Source: an uncultured Clostridia bacterium
Lineage (GTDB): Bacteria > Bacillota > Clostridia > TANB77 > CAG-508
DNA: 52,612 nt
Reading direction: 5' to 3'
NCBI GenBank assembly: GCA_947625295.1
Contig: CANQNU010000003.1
Location: forward strand, 1-52,612
Below, one piece after another: positions 1-10,710 of this stretch (the stretch's first letter is position 1; the number at the start of each line of letters is the position of its first letter). The notes beneath the pieces are model-generated. The model saw only the letters and a list, made by a program, of their open reading frames with translations, was not told where the DNA came from and did not search any database. The position numbers and the translations under genes were made by a program.

Positions 1-2003
1 CTTCTATCATTTGAATATATTTCAATGTCTGCTTGATACGTAGTTTCATTTTCATTGTACCATTCTACATCAATCATTCTGTTTTGTTGCATAATTAAGT
101 CTTTTACATTAATACAATCTTTTCTATGAACAGATACTCCTCTTCCTTTTGTAATATATCCTACAATTTCATCTCCTGGAAGTGGATTGCAACATTTAGA
201 TAATTTTACTAAACAATTGTCAATTCCTTTTACTATTATACCTGAATTAGAAGTTTTTGGTTTTCTTTGTCTTCCTTTTTGTAATTGCATAATTTTTTCT
301 TCTATATTTTCTTCTTCATGTTCTTTTCTATATTCTTGTAGCATTCTTGCAATAACTTTTACAGAAGAGTTTGCTCCAAATCCAACTGCTGCATACATTT
401 CTTCTAAATTTTTATATTTGTATTTTTCTAACATTGCATCTATATATGATGTCTTAAATAAGTCTGAATAAGAAATTCCTATTCTTTTTAGTTCTTTTTC
501 TATTAACTCTTTTCCTTTTTCAATGTTCTCTGCTCTTTGTGCTTTTTTGAACCATGCTTTTATTTTGTTTTTTGCACTTGTACTTTTTACAAATTTAAGC
601 CAATCTCTACTTGGTCCTTTAGCACTATCTGAAGTAATAATTTCTACAATATCTCCAGTTTTTAATTTTGTTACAATTGGCATTATTTTGCTGTTTATTT
701 TACATCCTGTCATATGATGACCTATTTCTGCATGAATACTATATGCAAAATCAATTGGAGTTGCTCCTCTTGGAAGTGCTTTAATTGCTCCTTTTGGTGT
801 AAATACATACACTTCTTCTTCAAACAACTCTGTTTTTAATGTGTCTAAAAATTCTTGAGGATCTTGTAATTCTTTTTGCCATTCCAATGTTTCCCTAAGC
901 CATGCTAATTTATCTTGTTCTACTGTTATAGATTCTTTCCTTCCGAAATAACTTGCTTCTTTATATGCCCAATGAGCAGCGATACCATATTCTGCGATTC
1001 TATGCATATCCCATGTACGAATTTGTACTTCAAATGGTGTTCCTTTTTCTCCTAGCAAAGTAGTGTGTATTGACTGGTACATATTTGGTTTTGGAACTGC
1101 TATATAATCTTTGAATCTTCCTGGCATTGGATTGTATAATTCATGTACTACTCCTAATGCTGCATAACAATCTTTAACTGAATTGACTAATATTCTAAGT
1201 GCAAATAAATCATAAATTTGATCTAATGTTTTATTATCTCTTTTCATTTTTCTATATATACTATATAAGTGTTTTGCTCTTCCTGTTACTTCTGCATCAA
1301 TGTGTTGTTTTTTTAGTTCTACTCTAATATCTTCCATTATTTTTTCTATGAATTTTAATCTTTCATTTCTTTTTTTGTTAATTCCTTCTACTAATTCATG
1401 ATACTCTTCTGGATATAAATATTTAAATGATAAATCTTCTAATTCCCATTTTAAAGAATATAATCCCAAACGATTTGCTAAAGGTGCATACAATTCCATT
1501 GTTTCTTTTGCATTTGCTATTTGTCTGTCTCTTTTTAAATATTTTAATGTTCTTAAATTATGAAGTCTGTCTGCTAACTTAATTAAAATTACTCTTATAT
1601 CTTTTCCCATAGCAAGAAACATTTTTCTATAATCTTCTACTTGTTGTTCTTCTATTGATTCAAACATCATATTACTAAGTTTTGTTACACCTGCTACCAT
1701 TTCAGCTATTTCATCACTAAATTCTCTCCTAATATCTGAATCAGTAACATCTGTGTCTTCTACTAAATCGTGCAACAAAGCTGCACATATTGTTGCTTCA
1801 TCTAACCCGATATCAGCTATAATATATGCTACATTTAGTGGATGTATTATATATGGTTCACCTGATTTTCTGCATTGATCTCCATGGTGATTAACAGCAT
1901 ACTCATATGCTTTCATGATCAATTTACTATCTACTTTTCGTGAATGTTCTTTTCTTTTTGAAATAATATCTTGTATCGTTACTTCTTTATTTGCTTCTTG
2001 CAT
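1..2003 (-). CDS. relA: bifunctional (p)ppGpp synthetase/hydrolase, RelA/SpoT family; C-terminal end cut by window edge
   Basis: Absent from the ORF track because it runs off the window. My translation from ATG 2003 (RBS AGAGGAG) gives MQEANKEVTIQDIISK...GEPYIIHPLNVAYIIADIGLDEATICAALLHDLVEDT (HD domain)...RIAEYGIAAHWAYKE...TGS-like region. The frame stays open to base 1. Confidence 0.9.
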   Translation of the reverse strand, partial: MQEANKEVTIQDIISKRKEHSRKVDSKLIMKAYEYAVNHHGDQCRKSGEPYIIHPLNVAYIIADIGLDEATICAALLHDLVEDTDVTDSDIRREFSDEIAEMVAGVTKLSNMMFESIEEQQVEDYRKMFLAMGKDIRVILIKLADRLHNLRTLKYLKRDRQIANAKETMELYAPLANRLGLYSLKWELEDLSFKYLYPEEYHELVEGINKKRNERLKFIEKIMEDIRVELKKQHIDAEVTGRAKHLYSIYRKMKRDNKTLDQIYDLFALRILVNSVKDCYAALGVVHELYNPMPGRFKDYIAVPKPNMYQSIHTTLLGEKGTPFEVQIRTWDMHRIAEYGIAAHWAYKEASYFGRKESITVEQDKLAWLRETLEWQKELQDPQEFLDTLKTELFEEEVYVFTPKGAIKALPRGATPIDFAYSIHAEIGHHMTGCKINSKIMPIVTKLKTGDIVEIITSDSAKGPSRDWLKFVKSTSAKNKIKAWFKKAQRAENIEKGKELIEKELKRIGISYSDLFKTSYIDAMLEKYKYKNLEEMYAAVGFGANSSVKVIARMLQEYRKEHEEENIEEKIMQLQKGRQRKPKTSNSGIIVKGIDNCLVKLSKCCNPLPGDEIVGYITKGRGVSVHRKDCINVKDLIMQQNRMIDVEWYNENETTYQADIEIYSNDR

Positions 2004-2044
2004 ATATCTATCTCCTCTTTTGATTTTTAGGCATATTTTTAATC

Positions 2045-3736
2045 CTATATTGATTTCATAATATCTTTAATGTTTATTTGCAAATTATCTACTCCATTAA
2101 AAGTATTTATTTCTAATACTCCAACAACATCTATTTTATCTCCGATTCTATAATCATTAACTAAATTGCCTATATTAAATCCTATTGCATTAATTATATT
2201 ATTGTTATCTTTTAATGTTAATCTTAAGTGTTTTCCTTCTGATAAAGCTCTTATTGAATCTATCTTAAGATTTTTAAAGACAAATATTGGCATTTTATTT
2301 CCTTCACCAAATGGCTCTAATTGTTTTAAGCTTTCTACCATTTCTTTATTAACATCATTTAAATCTATTTTTGCGTCTATTTGTATAATTGGTATAATTT
2401 CTTCAATATGTTCCTGTGTGGCAATCATTTCGAATTTTTCTATAAATTCTTTTAACTTGTCTTTTTTCACTGTAATTCCTACTGCCATACTGTGACCGCC
2501 AAATTTTTCTATTGTGTCAGAACATTTCATTAGTGCATCATGTAAATCAAATCCTGGTATACTTCTTCCTGATCCTTTTCCTATTCCATCTTCTTCAAAT
2601 CCTAATAAAATACTAGGCTTAAAATACATGTCTGTAATTTTTGAAGATACAATTCCAATTACTCCATGATGCCATCCTTTTCCTCCTACTATAATAGCTT
2701 TATTTTTATTTAAGCCTTCTTTTTCTATTCTCTTTATTACTTCTTCAAATATACCTCTTTCTGTTTCTTGTCTTAAAATATTATAATTATTTAATCGTTT
2801 TGCCAATTCACTTACTTCATTGACATTTTTAGATAAAAATAATTTTAATGCTTCTTCTGCTTTTCCCATTCTACCACATGCATTAATTCGTGGTGCTACT
2901 CCAAAAGAAATTGTATTAGAATCTACTTTTTTGTATCCTGACAGATTGATAATAGAACGTAATCCTATATTTTTTGTTTGTTGTACTAACATTAATCCTA
3001 ATTTTGCTATTACTCTATTTTCGTCTACTAATGGAACAATATCTGATATTGTTCCAATACATACAATATCTAAATATTTTAAATATGATTCTTCTTCTAG
3101 TCCCAATTTTATTCCTAATGCTTGAATTAACTTAAATACAACTCCTACTCCTGCTAATTCTCTAAAAGGGTATTTACTATCTTTTCTTTTATTGTCTATA
3201 ACTGCGATTGCATTTGGTAATTCATTTCCTGGTTCGTGATGATCTGTTACTATTGTTTCTATTCCTAAAGTATTTGCATATTCTATCTCTTCTATTCCAG
3301 AAATTCCACAATCTACCGTTATCATTAATTCGCATCCATTTTGTGATATTTTTTCTATTGCATTTTTGTTTAGACCATATCCTTCATCTAATCTATCTGG
3401 AATATATGTTGATGTTTCTAATCCAATATCGTTTAAAAAGCTTTTTAATACAGTAATGCTAGTAATTCCATCTACATCATAATCTCCATAAATTGTTACT
3501 TTTTCTTTGTTTTCAACTGCTTTTAATATTCTTTCTACTGCAATTTCCATGTCAGTTATTTCAAATGGATTATGAAAGTCTTTTCTAGTTGGTTTTAAAA
3601 ATAACTCTATTTGCTTTGATTCTGTTATGTTTCTATTAACTAATATTGTAGCTAATAATTTGTTAATTTTATATTTTTCTTGTAATTCTTTTATTTTTTC
3701 TTCATCTGCTTCATATATTTGCCACTTTTTATTCAT
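2045..3736 (-). CDS. recJ: single-stranded-DNA-specific exonuclease RecJ
   Basis: 563-aa ORF with DHH-family motifs (IYGDYDVDGITS, ITVDCGISG, VTDHH) and DHHA1 (GGHSMAVG). It lies directly upstream of relA. Confidence 0.92.
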   Translation of the reverse strand: MNKKWQIYEADEEKIKELQEKYKINKLLATILVNRNITESKQIELFLKPTRKDFHNPFEITDMEIAVERILKAVENKEKVTIYGDYDVDGITSITVLKSFLNDIGLETSTYIPDRLDEGYGLNKNAIEKISQNGCELMITVDCGISGIEEIEYANTLGIETIVTDHHEPGNELPNAIAVIDNKRKDSKYPFRELAGVGVVFKLIQALGIKLGLEEESYLKYLDIVCIGTISDIVPLVDENRVIAKLGLMLVQQTKNIGLRSIINLSGYKKVDSNTISFGVAPRINACGRMGKAEEALKLFLSKNVNEVSELAKRLNNYNILRQETERGIFEEVIKRIEKEGLNKNKAIIVGGKGWHHGVIGIVSSKITDMYFKPSILLGFEEDGIGKGSGRSIPGFDLHDALMKCSDTIEKFGGHSMAVGITVKKDKLKEFIEKFEMIATQEHIEEIIPIIQIDAKIDLNDVNKEMVESLKQLEPFGEGNKMPIFVFKNLKIDSIRALSEGKHLRLTLKDNNNIINAIGFNIGNLVNDYRIGDKIDVVGVLEINTFNGVDNLQINIKDIMKSI

Positions 3737-3998
3737 TTTCCTCTCCTAATTTTAATTTTTTATTATTGTACAATATTTTATTTTTTTTTTAAAGGTTTTT
3801 TGTATATTTTCTTTCATTTTTTATTTTTTTATATGTGTTTATTTTTTTACATAAAATGAAAACGAAAAAAATTATCATATTGGAAAGTATGGTCATTTAA
3901 AACTAGAATATTTGAAAAAACATAAATATGTGAAGAATTTGCAGAGATTGGAAGTGGTATTATTGGATGTCAAATAAAAATTCATTCGATTTTTATAA

Positions 3999-4136
3999 CC
4001 TTGTAGTGGGAAATATAGTGTTGGAACATTTTCACATCCTGATATTGCTTTTGAATTTGCAAGTTGGCTAAATGTAGAATTTAAACTATATTTAATTACG
4101 GAATTTGAACGACTAAAACAAAACGAAAGCTATTAA
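3999..4136 (+). pseudogene. C-terminal remnant of a KilA-N / phage-antirepressor-like gene
   Basis: Open only from 3999, with an in-frame TAA just upstream. It translates to PCSGKYSVGTFSHPDIAFEFASWLNVEFKLYLITEFERLKQNESY*, which resembles the conserved C-terminus of KilA-N domain proteins. No N-terminal part or start codon is present. Confidence 0.45.
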
Positions 4137-4145
4137 GTTAATATT

Positions 4146-4189
4146 AAAAAGTAGTAGGTCAAACTAATATGTTTTATCTACTACTTTTT
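4146..4189. terminator. bidirectional stem-loop terminator (downstream of fabI and of the KilA-N remnant)
   Basis: AAAAAGTAGTAG...CTACTACTTTTT: a 12-bp perfect stem flanked by A-run and T-run. Confidence 0.6.
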
Positions 4190-4231
4190 ATATAAAAACT
4201 TTTATTTGAATTTTGTCTTTATTAGTAATTT

Positions 4232-5002
4232 TTAAACACCTACAACAGAGAAACCATTATCTACATGTATAATTTCTCCTGTAATTGCACTTGACATATT
4301 ACTAAATAAAAATGCCGTTGCATCTCCTACTTGTTCTATTGTTACATTTCTGTGTAATGGTGATCTTTCTTCAACTATATCTAAAATAGAGCCAAAGTCT
4401 TTAATTCCTTTTGCTGATAGTGTTTTTATTGGCCCTGCTGATATTCCATTAATTCTATATCCATTTTTTCCAATGTCTTTAGATAGATATTTAATACTCG
4501 TTTCTAATGCTGCTTTTGCAACTCCCATTACATTATATCCTTCTATTACTTTTTCTGATCCATAGTAAGTATATGCTACAATACTTGCTCCTTCATTTAA
4601 CATTTCTTTTTCTATTGCTTTTCTTGTAATGGCTACTAATGAATAACAGCTTACATCTTGTGCATGAGCATATCCATCTCTTGAAGTATAAATAAAATCG
4701 TTTCTTAAATCTTCTGTATTAGCATGTGCAATTGCATGTAATATACCATCTATTTTTCCATGTTGTTTTTTTATTTCTTCTAAACATTTGTCTATTTCTT
4801 CGTCTTTACTAACATCTCCACATATATAAGCTTTTGCTCCTGGAATTTCTTCTAATAATGCATTTACTTTTTCTATACTATCTTCTGTACATGTGCATAT
4901 TACTTCTGCTCCTTGTTTGTAAGCAGATTGTGCTGCTCCCCATGCAATACTCCATTTATTTCTAACTCCCATAATTAATACTTTTTTTCCTTTTAAAATC
5001 AT
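4232..5002 (-). CDS. fabI: enoyl-ACP reductase FabI
   Basis: 256 aa. SDR fold with the FabI-type N-terminus KVLIMGVRNKWSIAWG and a C-terminal GEIIHVDNGF. Confidence 0.88.
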   Translation of the reverse strand: MILKGKKVLIMGVRNKWSIAWGAAQSAYKQGAEVICTCTEDSIEKVNALLEEIPGAKAYICGDVSKDEEIDKCLEEIKKQHGKIDGILHAIAHANTEDLRNDFIYTSRDGYAHAQDVSCYSLVAITRKAIEKEMLNEGASIVAYTYYGSEKVIEGYNVMGVAKAALETSIKYLSKDIGKNGYRINGISAGPIKTLSAKGIKDFGSILDIVEERSPLHRNVTIEQVGDATAFLFSNMSSAITGEIIHVDNGFSVVGV

Positions 5003-5080
5003 TTTTTATCCTCCTTCTTGATTATAAATAAACTATTTTTATATTTTAAATTTTAGTAATATTTTTAATTTATTATTTTT

Positions 5081-5869
5081 CTAAAATTTTCTAAATTTTT
5101 CATATCTTTTTTGAATTAGTTCTTCTATTGGAATTTTATTTAATTGTTTTATTGTTTCTACTAAATATTTCTTTATATCTTTAGCAATTGTTTCAAATTC
5201 ATCTTCAGCTTTGTTCGTTGGCTCTTTTATAATTTTATCAATTACTTCTAATCTTTTTAAATCTTGTGCTGTTATTTTCATATTTTCTGCCGCTTCTTTT
5301 GCTTTACTTGCATCTTTATATAAAATACTTGCAAATCCTTCTGGAGAAAGAATAGAATAAACTGCATTTTCTAACATTACAATTTTATCTCCTACTGCTA
5401 TCGCTAGAGCTCCTCCACTTGAACCTTCTCCTATTACAATACAAATGATAGGAACTTTTAGTGTTGACATTTCCATTATATTTCTTGCAATTGCTTCTCC
5501 TTGTCCTCTTTCTTCTGCTCCCATTCCTGGATAAGCTCCTGGTGTATCTATAAAGGTTATAATTGGTCTTTGAAATTTCTCTGCTTGTTTCATAAGTCTT
5601 AAGGCTTTTCTATATCCTTCTGGATTTGGCATTCCAAAGTTTCTTTCTATGTTTTCTTTCATATTTTTACCCTTTTGTTCTCCTATTACTGTTACTGGCA
5701 TTTGATTTAAAGTAGCTATTCCTCCAACAATAGATTTATCATCTGCAAAATTTCTGTCGCCATGTAATTCTATAAAATCCTCAAAAATAGCATTGATATA
5801 ATCTATTGATTTTGGTCTTTCTAATCTTCTTGCTAATTCTACTTTATCCCATGCAGTTATTGTACTCAT
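5081..5869 (-). CDS. accA: acetyl-CoA carboxylase carboxyltransferase subunit alpha
   Basis: 262 aa with motifs [10 protein letters not shown] and [11 protein letters not shown]. Adjacent to accD. Confidence 0.92.
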   Translation of the reverse strand: MSTITAWDKVELARRLERPKSIDYINAIFEDFIELHGDRNFADDKSIVGGIATLNQMPVTVIGEQKGKNMKENIERNFGMPNPEGYRKALRLMKQAEKFQRPIITFIDTPGAYPGMGAEERGQGEAIARNIMEMSTLKVPIICIVIGEGSSGGALAIAVGDKIVMLENAVYSILSPEGFASILYKDASKAKEAAENMKITAQDLKRLEVIDKIIKEPTNKAEDEFETIAKDIKKYLVETIKQLNKIPIEELIQKRYEKFRKF

Positions 5870-5943
5870 TTTATCCTCCTTTTAAATTATTTATAAATAA
5901 TTTCTTTATTAAAATATACTTTTAATAATTTTAAAAAATATTT

Positions 5944-6795
5944 TTATATTTTTTTGTGTAATTTTATTAGTTTTGCAATTGTAGATTTCATATCTTTTCT
6001 TTGAACTATTTTATCAATAAATCCATGTTCTAGTAGAAATTCTGAACTTTGAAATCCCTCTGGTAATTTTTGCTTAATTGTTTGTTCTATTACTCTTGGT
6101 CCTGCAAATCCTATTAAAGCCTTTGGTTCTGCTAAAATAATGTCACCTAAACTTGCAAAACTTGCTGTTACCCCACCTGTTGTTGGGTCTGTTAAAATAG
6201 AGATATATAATAATCCTTCTTGATGTAATCTTGCGACTGCACTTGATGTTTTTGCCATTTGCATTAAAGATATTATTCCTTCTTGCATTCTAGCACCACC
6301 AGATACACAAAACATTATGAAAGGTAATTTTTCTTTAATTGCGGTTTCAATACCTAATGTAATTTTTTCTCCTACAGCTGATCCCATACTTCCCATTAAG
6401 AAATTACTATCCATTACTCCTAAAACCACTCTTTCTCCTTCAATTTCACATATTCCGCAAGTAACAGCTTCTTCTATCTTAGTTTTCTCTTTTAATGTTT
6501 CTACTTTTTTTAAATATCCTTCAAATTCTAATGGATTTTTTGTTGTAATTTCTTTTCCAATTATTTCAAATGTTCCTTCATCTGCTATTTGTTTAATCCT
6601 TCTTCTAGCTGATAATCTAAAATGTTTTCCACAATTTGGACATACACTTAAATTTTTGTGTAATTCTTCTTTATATATTATTTCTTTACAATCATCACAT
6701 TTTACCCATTTACCTATCATCATATCTGATGCTTTTTCATTTTTCTTTCTTATGGTTTCTTCTGTATTTACTTTTCTTATTTTTTCTATAACCAA
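5944..6795 (-). CDS. accD: acetyl-CoA carboxylase carboxyltransferase subunit beta
   Basis: 283 aa. N-terminal Cys4 zinc ribbon (CDDC...CPNC) plus GGARMQEG core. Confidence 0.92.
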   Translation of the reverse strand: MVIEKIRKVNTEETIRKKNEKASDMMIGKWVKCDDCKEIIYKEELHKNLSVCPNCGKHFRLSARRRIKQIADEGTFEIIGKEITTKNPLEFEGYLKKVETLKEKTKIEEAVTCGICEIEGERVVLGVMDSNFLMGSMGSAVGEKITLGIETAIKEKLPFIMFCVSGGARMQEGIISLMQMAKTSSAVARLHQEGLLYISILTDPTTGGVTASFASLGDIILAEPKALIGFAGPRVIEQTIKQKLPEGFQSSEFLLEHGFIDKIVQRKDMKSTIAKLIKLHKKI

Positions 6796-6978
6796 GGCAT
6801 TTCCTCCTCTCTTTGTATTTTCACATTATATATTTTATTCTTTGTTTTTTCAATTAGGATAAGTGGTCGAAAATAAAGTTTAATATATTTTTTAAAATTT
6901 GTCTTTTTTACTTGAAATAGTTTATTTTTTAGTATAATATATAAAAGAAGTATTAGAGATTACATAGGAGGAAATTAA

Positions 6979-7872
6979 ATGCCAAAGAAAACAAAAGAAA
7001 ATGATGAACTAAATAAAGGAAAAAAAGTTACTAAGAAATCATCTACAAAAAAAGCAACTACTACAAAATCTGCTACTAAAAAAGCTTCTACAAAAGAAGC
7101 TTCTACTGCAAAATCTGCTACTAAAAAAGCTTCTACAAAAAAAGCAACTACTACAAAATCTGCTACTAAAAAGACTTCTACAAAAGAAGCTTCTACTGCA
7201 AAATCTGCTACTAAAAAGACTTCTACAAAAAAAGCTACATCTAAGAAAAAGTCTTCAATAAAAGGCACAGAAAATGAAAAAGTAGAAATTGTAGAATATT
7301 ATGATTTACCTTATAGATATAACCAAACTATTGTAAAAACATTAGCTCAAACCCCTACTACTTTATTTATTTACTGGGATATTTCTGATAAAGATAGAAA
7401 AGATTTTGAAAATCAATATGGAGAAAATTTCTTTCAAATAACAAAGCCTATCTTAATTGTATATAATGACACTTTAGGATATAAATTTGAAATAGAAATT
7501 AATGATTTTGCAAATAGTTGGTATCTACATGTAGCAGACAGTAAATGTAATTATAGAATTGAACTTGGCAGAAGACCTATACAAAAAAATGAAAATATTA
7601 ATGTAGATTATATATATATAACAAGTTCAAATAAAATTGAATCACCAAATGATAAAATTTTATTTGACCCAAATCAAAAAATGGTTTATTTCAGAAATGT
7701 AAAAACAAATGTAGAAACTTCAAAATCAATAAATACCCTTTCATTCATTCGAAATATGGGAAAAATTTATGATATTTATGATTTATATAAAGCAATTTAT
7801 CAAAATGAGAATATAGAAGAAATTTATGATAATTCTAATCCTTCTTCTAGTCCATCATCACGATTTTTTTAA
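6979..7872 (+). CDS. lysine-rich repeat protein with DUF4912-like C-terminal domain
   Basis: RBS AGGAGG. The N-terminal 90 aa are K/T/S/A repeats. The C-terminal part (YDLPYRYNQTIV...LFIYWDISD) resembles DUF4912, which commonly precedes GH57 genes. Confidence 0.7.
   Translation: MPKKTKENDELNKGKKVTKKSSTKKATTTKSATKKASTKEASTAKSATKKASTKKATTTKSATKKTSTKEASTAKSATKKTSTKKATSKKKSSIKGTENEKVEIVEYYDLPYRYNQTIVKTLAQTPTTLFIYWDISDKDRKDFENQYGENFFQITKPILIVYNDTLGYKFEIEINDFANSWYLHVADSKCNYRIELGRRPIQKNENINVDYIYITSSNKIESPNDKILFDPNQKMVYFRNVKTNVETSKSINTLSFIRNMGKIYDIYDLYKAIYQNENIEEIYDNSNPSSSPSSRFF
7043..7222 (+). repeat. in-frame 90-bp tandem duplication (2 copies) inside the lysine-rich N-terminus
   Basis: The unit tctacaaaaaaagcaactactacaaaatctgctactaaaaaagcttctacaaaagaagcttctactgcaaaatctgctactaaaaaagct is repeated with 2-3 substitutions. 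Confidence 0.8.
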
Positions 7873-7996
7873 TGATTTTTCTATATAATAAAAAATCTAT
7901 AACAAATATATCTGTTGGAATGTTTTTAAATAATATTTCAACAGATAATTTTAATAATAAAAAATAGAATTAAAATTTTAACAAAGGAGAACTATA

Positions 7997-9583
7997 ATGC
8001 AACAAAAAAAAGGATATGTCAGTTTTGTACTTCATGCTCATCTTCCATTTATCCATCATCCAGAAAGTGATGATTACTTAGAAGAATCTTGGTTGTATGA
8101 AGCAATTTCAGAAACATATATACCACTACTTACTAATTTTCAAAAATTAGTAGATGAAGGTGTCAATTTTCGAATTACTATGTCTATGACCCCTCCTCTA
8201 CTTTCTATGTTAGATAATAAACTATTACAAAGAAAATATATAAAATATTTAAAAAGAATGATTGAATTATCAGAAAAAGAAATTAAAAGAACTTCTAATG
8301 ATGAAAGATTAAATAGGCTTGCTCATTATTATTTTGATAGATATTCTAATGATTTACATATTTTTAAAGAAGTCTATGGATGTAATTTAATTCAAGGATT
8401 TAAGCATTTTCAAGATATTGGTGTTTTAGAAATTATCACTTGTGGTGCAACACATGGATATTTTCCTATTTTATATGTAAATGAAAAAACAGTCAAAGCT
8501 CAAATTGCAGTTGGGGTTCAAACTTATGAAAAATATTTTGGAAGAAAACCTCGTGGAATATGGCTTCCTGAATGTGGTTATGTACCTGAAGCTGACAAAT
8601 ATTTAAAAGAATTCGGAATTGACTACATTATTACAGAATCTCATGGAATTTTATATGCAGATCCTACACCAATTTATGGAACTTTTGCTCCTATTGTTTC
8701 GCCTGAAGGAGTTATCGCTTTTGGTAGAGATATAGAATCTTCAAGGCAAGTTTGGAGCTCTATTAATGGATATCCTGGAGACTACAATTATAGAGAATTT
8801 TATCGTGATATTGGATATGAAGCAGATTATGATTACATTAAACCTTATATTGCTCATAATGGTGTAAGAGTTCATACTGGAATTAAATATTATAGAATTA
8901 CTGGAGATACAGAATTTAAAGATTATTATAATGTTCAGTGGGCTAAAGACTCTGCTGAAAAACAAGCTGGACACTTTTTTGATAGCCGTTCTTCTCAGAT
9001 AGAACATCTATCTAACTACATGGAAACCCCTCCTATTATCTTATGTCCTTATGATGCAGAACTATATGGACATTGGTGGTATGAAGGACCTTATTGGTTA
9101 TACATTTTATTTAAAAAGATTTATTATGATGATTGTAATTTTGAATTAATTACACCATCTGAATATATTGATAAATACCCAAATATGCAAATTTCATCTC
9201 CTTGTCGCTCTAGTTGGGGAGCTAATGGATACAGTGAAGTCTGGCTTAACCCTACTAATGATTACGCTCACAGACATCTACATGTTGCAGGAGACAGAAT
9301 GTGTGAATTAGCTAATTTATATCCAGATGCAAAAGGATTAAAGAAAAAAGCTTTAAATCAATGTGCAAGAGAATTGTTATTAGCACAAAGTAGTGATTGG
9401 TTATTTATTATAACTAATGGAACAATGGTTGATTATGCGAAAAAAAGAATTAAAGATCATATAGGAAGATTTACAAAATTATATTATCAAATAAAAGATG
9501 ATAATATTGATGAAGAGTTTTTAAAAGATATTTCAAAAAAAGATTGTATATTCCCCGAAATCGATTATCATATTTATCAATAA
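7997..9583 (+). CDS. glycoside hydrolase family 57 protein (alpha-glucan branching-enzyme type)
   Basis: 528 aa with motifs FVLHAHLPFIHHPE, WLPECGY and AELYGHWWYEG. Confidence 0.85.
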   Translation: MQQKKGYVSFVLHAHLPFIHHPESDDYLEESWLYEAISETYIPLLTNFQKLVDEGVNFRITMSMTPPLLSMLDNKLLQRKYIKYLKRMIELSEKEIKRTSNDERLNRLAHYYFDRYSNDLHIFKEVYGCNLIQGFKHFQDIGVLEIITCGATHGYFPILYVNEKTVKAQIAVGVQTYEKYFGRKPRGIWLPECGYVPEADKYLKEFGIDYIITESHGILYADPTPIYGTFAPIVSPEGVIAFGRDIESSRQVWSSINGYPGDYNYREFYRDIGYEADYDYIKPYIAHNGVRVHTGIKYYRITGDTEFKDYYNVQWAKDSAEKQAGHFFDSRSSQIEHLSNYMETPPIILCPYDAELYGHWWYEGPYWLYILFKKIYYDDCNFELITPSEYIDKYPNMQISSPCRSSWGANGYSEVWLNPTNDYAHRHLHVAGDRMCELANLYPDAKGLKKKALNQCARELLLAQSSDWLFIITNGTMVDYAKKRIKDHIGRFTKLYYQIKDDNIDEEFLKDISKKDCIFPEIDYHIYQ

Positions 9584-9596
9584 GCTTGTTAAAGGT

Positions 9597-9724
9597 TCGT
9601 GCCAATGGTTCCGGGTTTAAGCGTGCCAATGGTTCCGGGTTTAAATGGCAATTTTTAATTGCCATTTAAACCCGGAACCATTGGCACGCTTAAACCCGGA
9701 ACCATTGGCACGAACCATTGGCAT
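9597..9724. repeat. family-1 repeat (GCCAATGGTTCCGGGTT core): 2 forward + 2 reverse units forming a near-perfect ~58-bp-stem palindrome; likely also the terminator of the GH57 gene
   Basis: cgtgccaatggttccgggtttaag x2, loop ggcaatt-ttt-aattgcc centred at about 9655, then the exact reverse complement, followed by a T-run at 9724-9732. Confidence 0.85.
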
Positions 9725-9807
9725 TTTTTTTTATTCTGCATATGATAATGTATAAGTTTTTTACATTTAGTAGATACTAGTTTTATCAGAAAGGGGATTT
9801 TTTAGCA

Positions 9808-10686
9808 ATGAAATCATTATGCATAAAAACAAATAATACTAATACACTAGAATATCTATTAAATGAGCTAAATTCAATTGAGTTAAATAATATTTGTTTT
9901 TCTATTAATGAATTTAAGCATTATAAGAATATTATTATTCATTATACAGGCTCCAATGTTGATGATTTTATCAAAAAAATAAGTTCTATGTTATCTTTAT
10001 TTGTTATTGATGAATTAGAAACTTATTTTCTTAATAGAATTCTTTTACAAAATTATTTCTATTTTAATTCTGAGGAAAGAAATAAAATAATAGATATTTG
10101 TTTCGATATTACAATAGATGATTTCGGAGTTATTTTTAATAAGAAATTTAATTCTTTATTTAATAGTTTTTTTAATTTTTTATCTGATAATAAAACTATT
10201 ATTTTAAATGGTTTTATTAATTTTAGAATTAAAGAATATTTAAATATTTTAGATGATATTTTAAGTGAAGCTGTTAGCCATTTTATAATAGAAAAAGAAT
10301 ATTTAGAATTTGTTTCTTTATTAAAATTATATATTAGTACTCAAAGTTCTAATTGCAATTGTGTTCATATTATTTATTCTAGTTCTGAATCAATTTTATT
10401 AGATGATTCTAAAAATGTTATTAATATTGAAACAGATATTTTTCATGCAAAATATTTAAGTGATATTAGCTTTTCTTCAAATGATTATACTTTAAATGCC
10501 TTACTTACATTAATTCCAAAAAATATTTATATTCATTTAGTTGATAATACTATTGATGAATTTATTAATACATTACAACTAATTTTTGAAAAAAGAGTTC
10601 ATTTATGTACAAATTGTAATATTTGCAATTTGTATCAAAATCATTCTTATAAAGCAAAAAAGACAAATAAAGGTGATATAATTTAG
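9808..10686 (+). CDS. ytxC: putative sporulation protein YtxC
   Basis: 292 aa. The central region GFINFRIKEYLNILDDILSEAVSHFIIEKEYLEFVSLLKLYI matches the conserved YtxC core as I recall it. Confidence 0.65.
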   Translation: MKSLCIKTNNTNTLEYLLNELNSIELNNICFSINEFKHYKNIIIHYTGSNVDDFIKKISSMLSLFVIDELETYFLNRILLQNYFYFNSEERNKIIDICFDITIDDFGVIFNKKFNSLFNSFFNFLSDNKTIILNGFINFRIKEYLNILDDILSEAVSHFIIEKEYLEFVSLLKLYISTQSSNCNCVHIIYSSSESILLDDSKNVINIETDIFHAKYLSDISFSSNDYTLNALLTLIPKNIYIHLVDNTIDEFINTLQLIFEKRVHLCTNCNICNLYQNHSYKAKKTNKGDII

Positions 10687-10710
10687 TTTTATATCATCTT
10701 TTCTATGTAT

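Noticed and set aside
6975-7268. 97-aa minus-strand ORF rich in F/V/A/E.
   Set aside because: It is the antisense reading of the lysine-rich tandem repeat of the 6979-7872 gene.
9471-9665. 64-aa minus-strand ORF containing NPEPLARLNPEPLAR.
   Set aside because: It is a translation of the family-1 palindrome. It overlaps the GH57 gene 3' end and has no RBS.
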